Below, piece after piece: positions 33,203-36,525 of a DNA stretch of 36,525 bases. The stretch comes from a virus (taxonomy: Duplodnaviria; Caudoviricetes), in the IMG/VR virus record IMGVR_UViG_3300044606_000252, positions 1 to 36,525 of that record. One strand, given 5' to 3'. Numbering within the stretch: the first letter of the stretch is position 1; each line of letters opens with the position of its first letter. Under the pieces are notes generated by a model. That model worked only from the letters and a program-made list of their open reading frames with translations. It did no database searches and was not told the DNA's origin. Made by a program: the position numbers and the translations under genes.

Positions 33203-33609
33203 AAGCGAGCCGATATTCCATCCACCCGTTGCGTCCCGACCCCGGCGCGGATTACCTGTGGTGCATCCTCCCGGATCCCGACGATGGCACGCCGGGGTTT
33301 GTGATCGGGGATCTCGAGGACCTGGCGCCGCTACGCGATGTGCTCGATGCGGCGATCAAAGGCAAGCACGGCGACGAAATCAGCCCGGTCGATCAGCGCC
33401 TGGGCTTCATCTGGGTCACGGTGCCGGAGGCGCTGGAATATGCGCGCCTTGCCAATGACCCGGTGAGCCGGCCACTCGTTACGCGAGCATGCCGGCTGGG
33501 GCAAATCGAGGATGCCCGCCGTGATTCGCGCGGCTGGGTGTTCCCTCGGTCGCGATTTCTCGCCTGGCTGGGCGGCAGGAAACGCATTCCGGGTCCCGCA
33601 AAGAAGTAA
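33199..33609 (+). CDS. Protein with C-terminal HTH_17/excisionase-like DNA-binding domain (136 aa)
   Basis: ATGA coupling. WVTVPEALEY..VSRPLVTRACRLGQI..ARR..RGWVFPR. Last gene before a terminator. Confidence 0.7.
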   Translation: MKASRYSIHPLRPDPGADYLWCILPDPDDGTPGFVIGDLEDLAPLRDVLDAAIKGKHGDEISPVDQRLGFIWVTVPEALEYARLANDPVSRPLVTRACRLGQIEDARRDSRGWVFPRSRFLAWLGGRKRIPGPAKK

Positions 33610-33613
33610 ACAC

Positions 33614-33640
33614 AGCCGCCCAGATGGGCGGCTTCTTTAT
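33614..33640 (+). terminator. Terminator between convergent genes
   Basis: AGCCGCCC-AGAT-GGGCGGCT-TCTTTAT. Confidence 0.7.
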
Positions 33641-33888
33641 TCCACCTTCATTCCCCCGAATACAGCCCGCCTTAGTTTCTCCAGCGACGCCCCCTTCGCC
33701 TGCTCATTCTCCACCATCCCACGCACCAACCTCAACAGACCCTCCACCGTCGCGCGCTGCGTCAGCCCCAACGCGCCGGCGATCATGTTCGCGTCCTCCA
33801 CCGCCTGGCCAGTGACACGCAGATTGGTCAGGGCAGGGCGGGCGCGAGTGTCACTGTCACTCGCCTGCACGCGCGATATGTCACTCAT
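33637..33888 (-). CDS. Small ribbon-helix-helix-like DNA-binding protein (83 aa)
   Basis: SD GGAGGAG. TNLRVT (beta strand) followed by two helices (LGLTQRATVEGLLR). Confidence 0.55.
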   Translation of the reverse strand: MSDISRVQASDSDTRARPALTNLRVTGQAVEDANMIAGALGLTQRATVEGLLRLVRGMVENEQAKGASLEKLRRAVFGGMKVE

Positions 33889-34027
33889 CACCACTCCTCC
33901 ACACTCCCCCACTGCCGCGCACGGGCAGGGAGGGCAAAACATCGTCGTAGCGCCGGAACGAACGGAACGACGAACGAGAACGAACGAACGATAGCTGGAG
34001 TGTCACTCAATCAGTGACACTGTCACT
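33811..34027. repeat. Cluster of seven TGTCACT/AGTGACA heptamers plus a (GAAC)n-like tract
   Basis: Heptamers at 33811, 33849, 33855, 33879, 34001, 34013 and 34021. GAAC(G) tandem tract at 33956-33990. Confidence 0.75.
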
Positions 34028-34670
34028 CCTCATCCTCCCTGGACTCATGACTGAGCGCATCCACCCAATCGCGCATCATCTCCTGTGTCACCCCCGGTGC
34101 CCACTTGAACCCCCGCCCATCATTCACAAGCGGGGCGTTTTTGATCTGGCTCAGGAAATACGCCACGTGCCCGTAATCCTCGGCCTGCATGCGCCACCGG
34201 CTATCCCGGTTTGGCTTTGGGAACTGACTTTCTATGAAATGCTGAAGCGCGGGGTAGCTAATATCCATCCGGTTCCCGGCGCGGTCGAAATCCGTCACCA
34301 ATGCCGGCGACGGATCGAACCCCGTGGCCCAGTTCGTTCTGCCCGTCTGCCCGCTCGGAAGTGCCGGCACAGCGCTGAACGGCACTTCCGAGCGGGGGGC
34401 TTGCGGCATCTGCATGTGCAGCGCCATCACGTCGCACTTCATGCGATGCTCCTTCACGCGCCACCACATCACCAGATATACGATGCACGGCAGAGCGATG
34501 GCGGCCAACATGATCGCCGCAGACCACTCGATGGAATGTGTCAACATATACAGCAACACAAACACGGCAAACATGATGAAGATGAGCGCAATGAGCTTCG
34601 TCCCCCCGCCGTCATCGATCACAAACGGAGCGCTGCTGTCACGTTCATACCCATAGCGCGAATCCCTCAT
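34023..34670 (-). CDS. Two-TM membrane protein (215 aa)
   Basis: SD GGAAGGGG. Two hydrophobic helices followed by a soluble domain. Confidence 0.7.
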   Translation of the reverse strand: MRDSRYGYERDSSAPFVIDDGGGTKLIALIFIMFAVFVLLYMLTHSIEWSAAIMLAAIALPCIVYLVMWWRVKEHRMKCDVMALHMQMPQAPRSEVPFSAVPALPSGQTGRTNWATGFDPSPALVTDFDRAGNRMDISYPALQHFIESQFPKPNRDSRWRMQAEDYGHVAYFLSQIKNAPLVNDGRGFKWAPGVTQEMMRDWVDALSHESREDEE

Positions 34671-34775
34671 TTCCCCTTCCTCCCAGTAGACATCAGGAGC
34701 ATGATGCCGAATGCCAACACCATCACTGCCAGTACCGCAATGGCAAGCTCAGTGGGCGATAGAGTCATCTGGGCA

Positions 34776-35513
34776 TTACTCCTGGCTTGCGGGATGTTCC
34801 GCAAGCACAATGTGCCCATTGCGCCTAATTTCGCCCGCCGACTCCAGGCGCTTGACACGTTGCGCAACCGCCTGCCTGGAAATTCCGAGAGCTTGCGCCC
34901 ACTCCGTCAAGGTGCCTTGCGGGTTGTCCCGTATCACGTCTGCAAGTGTCAACACCTTGCCGGAAGGTTGCGGAAGTTGTTGCATGGCCGGCAACGGGGT
35001 TGCCGTCTGCCCGATGGCGACGTTACGCACGGCGTCATCCGCCTTACGCTCAGGTTGCGCCTTGCGCGGCCCTGTTGCGGTCGCCAGATGCTCCGCAATG
35101 GCACTTGCCGCAATGATGAACAGAGGCGCAAGCGCCATAGGGATAGACCACGCAACGACACCATCTCTTCCCCACATCTCTGTCAACGTCATGTCGTTGG
35201 ATGTTGCGGCAATGGACGGAATTAGGATCGCTGGAATGCTGATAAACATGGCAACAATGAGCATAAACAGCCCATATCCAGCAAGGTTACGCTTGCCATA
35301 GCGTGACAACATTGACGTTGTAAACCACACTGACAATGCCTCAACCAACATCATCCCGAGCCCGCTCCAGGCATGGATTGCGGCCCAACTCGGGATGTCA
35401 ACCGTTGCGTGTGCCTCAAAACCAAAGGCGTCCATCCATCGCGGTGCTCCGACAATCATGGCGCCTGCAATCAGTAGCAGCCCCGGTCTATCTTTTAACT
35501 GATTTATTTTCAT
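34776..35513 (-). CDS. Multi-TM membrane protein with C-terminal winged HTH
   Basis: Four TM segments, a linker, then NPQGTLTEWAQALGISRQAVAQRVKRLESAGEIRR. Confidence 0.75.
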   Translation of the reverse strand: MKINQLKDRPGLLLIAGAMIVGAPRWMDAFGFEAHATVDIPSWAAIHAWSGLGMMLVEALSVWFTTSMLSRYGKRNLAGYGLFMLIVAMFISIPAILIPSIAATSNDMTLTEMWGRDGVVAWSIPMALAPLFIIAASAIAEHLATATGPRKAQPERKADDAVRNVAIGQTATPLPAMQQLPQPSGKVLTLADVIRDNPQGTLTEWAQALGISRQAVAQRVKRLESAGEIRRNGHIVLAEHPASQE

Positions 35514-35520
35514 GCCAACC

Positions 35521-35907
35521 TCACATCTCTGGATGCTGACGCTGGTAGTTATCCGCCAACATCATCACAAAGTTCGCGACATCTGCTGCCTCACGCCAAA
35601 CCTGCTCAGGAGATTCATGCTCGAATGCCATCGCGTTCGATAGCTCAGACAATTCTTCATGCAGTCGGGTGAAGAGATAGCCGAACGTGCAGCCGGCCCA
35701 GTGGCCTTTCGCTTCGTTCGCACGTAAGCGCTCTTCCATTGCCCGCGCAAGGGTGATTACCTCGGGACGGGCATCGAGCGCCTTCGTCTCAATCAACTGG
35801 TTAATCTCCACTTCCAGGGCACGGAATCCGTGGACGATGCGCTTCCACTCATCAAGTGACAGCACAACCTGGCGCGTTCCTAATGTTGCAAGTTCATGTG
35901 TTCTCAT
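35521..35907 (-). CDS. MazG-like all-alpha NTP pyrophosphohydrolase domain protein
   Basis: RLHEELSEL...WREAADVANFVMMLAD acidic motif. SD AGGAG. Confidence 0.65.
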   Translation of the reverse strand: MRTHELATLGTRQVVLSLDEWKRIVHGFRALEVEINQLIETKALDARPEVITLARAMEERLRANEAKGHWAGCTFGYLFTRLHEELSELSNAMAFEHESPEQVWREAADVANFVMMLADNYQRQHPEM

Positions 35908-35915
35908 CGTTCTCT

Positions 35916-36266
35916 CTATCTCCTATAGACGGGCCAGTGATATTGCTGCGGGCGATAGGTGGTCACGGTCAGCATATGTTCCTTTTCTCGCACCTCACCA
36001 TCGATCACATCATCGATGACTTCGCCTTCGATCCGCTGGGGCTGCCGCCTCCTGGCCGCCATGATCCAGCCGACCAGGAATCCGCATGGAAACATCACTC
36101 CCGTCGCGACGAACGCGCCGGCCAGCAATGCGACCGTCTGGCGATCAGCGGTCGTGTACGTGAAGATGGCGATTCCGGCGACGGTCAGGATTGTCAGGAT
36201 AGAGACGATCCTGGCGAACAACTCACCGCGCCTGGCGCTCTCACGATATGGACTCACGTTACCCAT
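35916..36266 (-). CDS. Two-TM membrane protein (116 aa)
   Basis: SD GGAGG before the ATG at 36266. Two hydrophobic helices. Confidence 0.65.
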   Translation of the reverse strand: MGNVSPYRESARRGELFARIVSILTILTVAGIAIFTYTTADRQTVALLAGAFVATGVMFPCGFLVGWIMAARRRQPQRIEGEVIDDVIDGEVREKEHMLTVTTYRPQQYHWPVYRR

Positions 36267-36525
36267 AGAAATCCTCCAGTCCCTCAAGTCCGGCGCGCAG
36301 CATATCCTCCGGCACCGGGTACATCTCGCTCGTATGGTCTCGCCAACCCTCCGCGGCCGGAAAATATTGCAGCGCGGCCAGGTGGGCGGCGCCCTGGGCT
36401 TCCGCGTCTGACTCAGCCGTGATGAGGTAAGGCAACACAGCGGGTGCGTCACCGATCTCGATGAACATGATGCGCTTCTTCTCTATGCGCTGATGCGCAT
36501 AGAGATAACCAAAATACAAGCTCAT
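36259..36525 (-). CDS. Hypothetical protein (88 aa, start at the window edge)
   Basis: Open frame overlapping the next gene's start. Upstream context is not visible. Confidence 0.55.
   Translation of the reverse strand: MSLYFGYLYAHQRIEKKRIMFIEIGDAPAVLPYLITAESDAEAQGAAHLAALQYFPAAEGWRDHTSEMYPVPEDMLRAGLEGLEDFYG

Noticed and set aside
33956-33990. GAACG tract as a CRISPR or mini-array
   Set aside because: The units are 4-5 nt with no spacers, so it is a simple tandem repeat.
1-36525. Stop-codon reassignment (alternative genetic code)
   Set aside because: Recognisable genes are intact under code 11 and end with TAA, TAG and TGA at sensible positions. The anomaly is confined to start codons.

Overview
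The window is part of a long-tailed (siphovirus-type) temperate phage or prophage of about 60% GC. Its domain content (FxLYD-like, PA14, GH25+C39, excalibur lipoprotein) loosely suggests a Chloroflexota or other monoderm host. The minus strand carries the late region, read from right to left: holin/lysis cassette, PP-loop enzyme cluster, TerS, TerL, portal, head genes, head-tail joining genes, tail tube, a frameshifted tail chaperone, tape measure protein, distal tail protein, and a tail protein of at least 1589 aa that runs off the left end. Plus-strand morons and two divergently transcribed accessory cassettes interrupt this region. The main finding is an apparent private translation-initiation code. 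A tRNA gene at 24147-24220 (-) has initiator-tRNA (fMet-type) acceptor and D-stem determinants but the anticodon AAC. Six late genes (TerS, portal, scaffold, tape measure, a 60-aa head-region protein and a 37-aa Arg-rich peptide) have a Shine-Dalgarno sequence that points at an in-frame GTT codon instead of ATG/GTG/TTG. Other notable features are a duplicated 116-bp promoter-leader-terminator element, an amidoligase plus glutamine amidotransferase cassette, and mirror-image divergent promoters. All calls come from reading the sequence by eye; no database searches were run.
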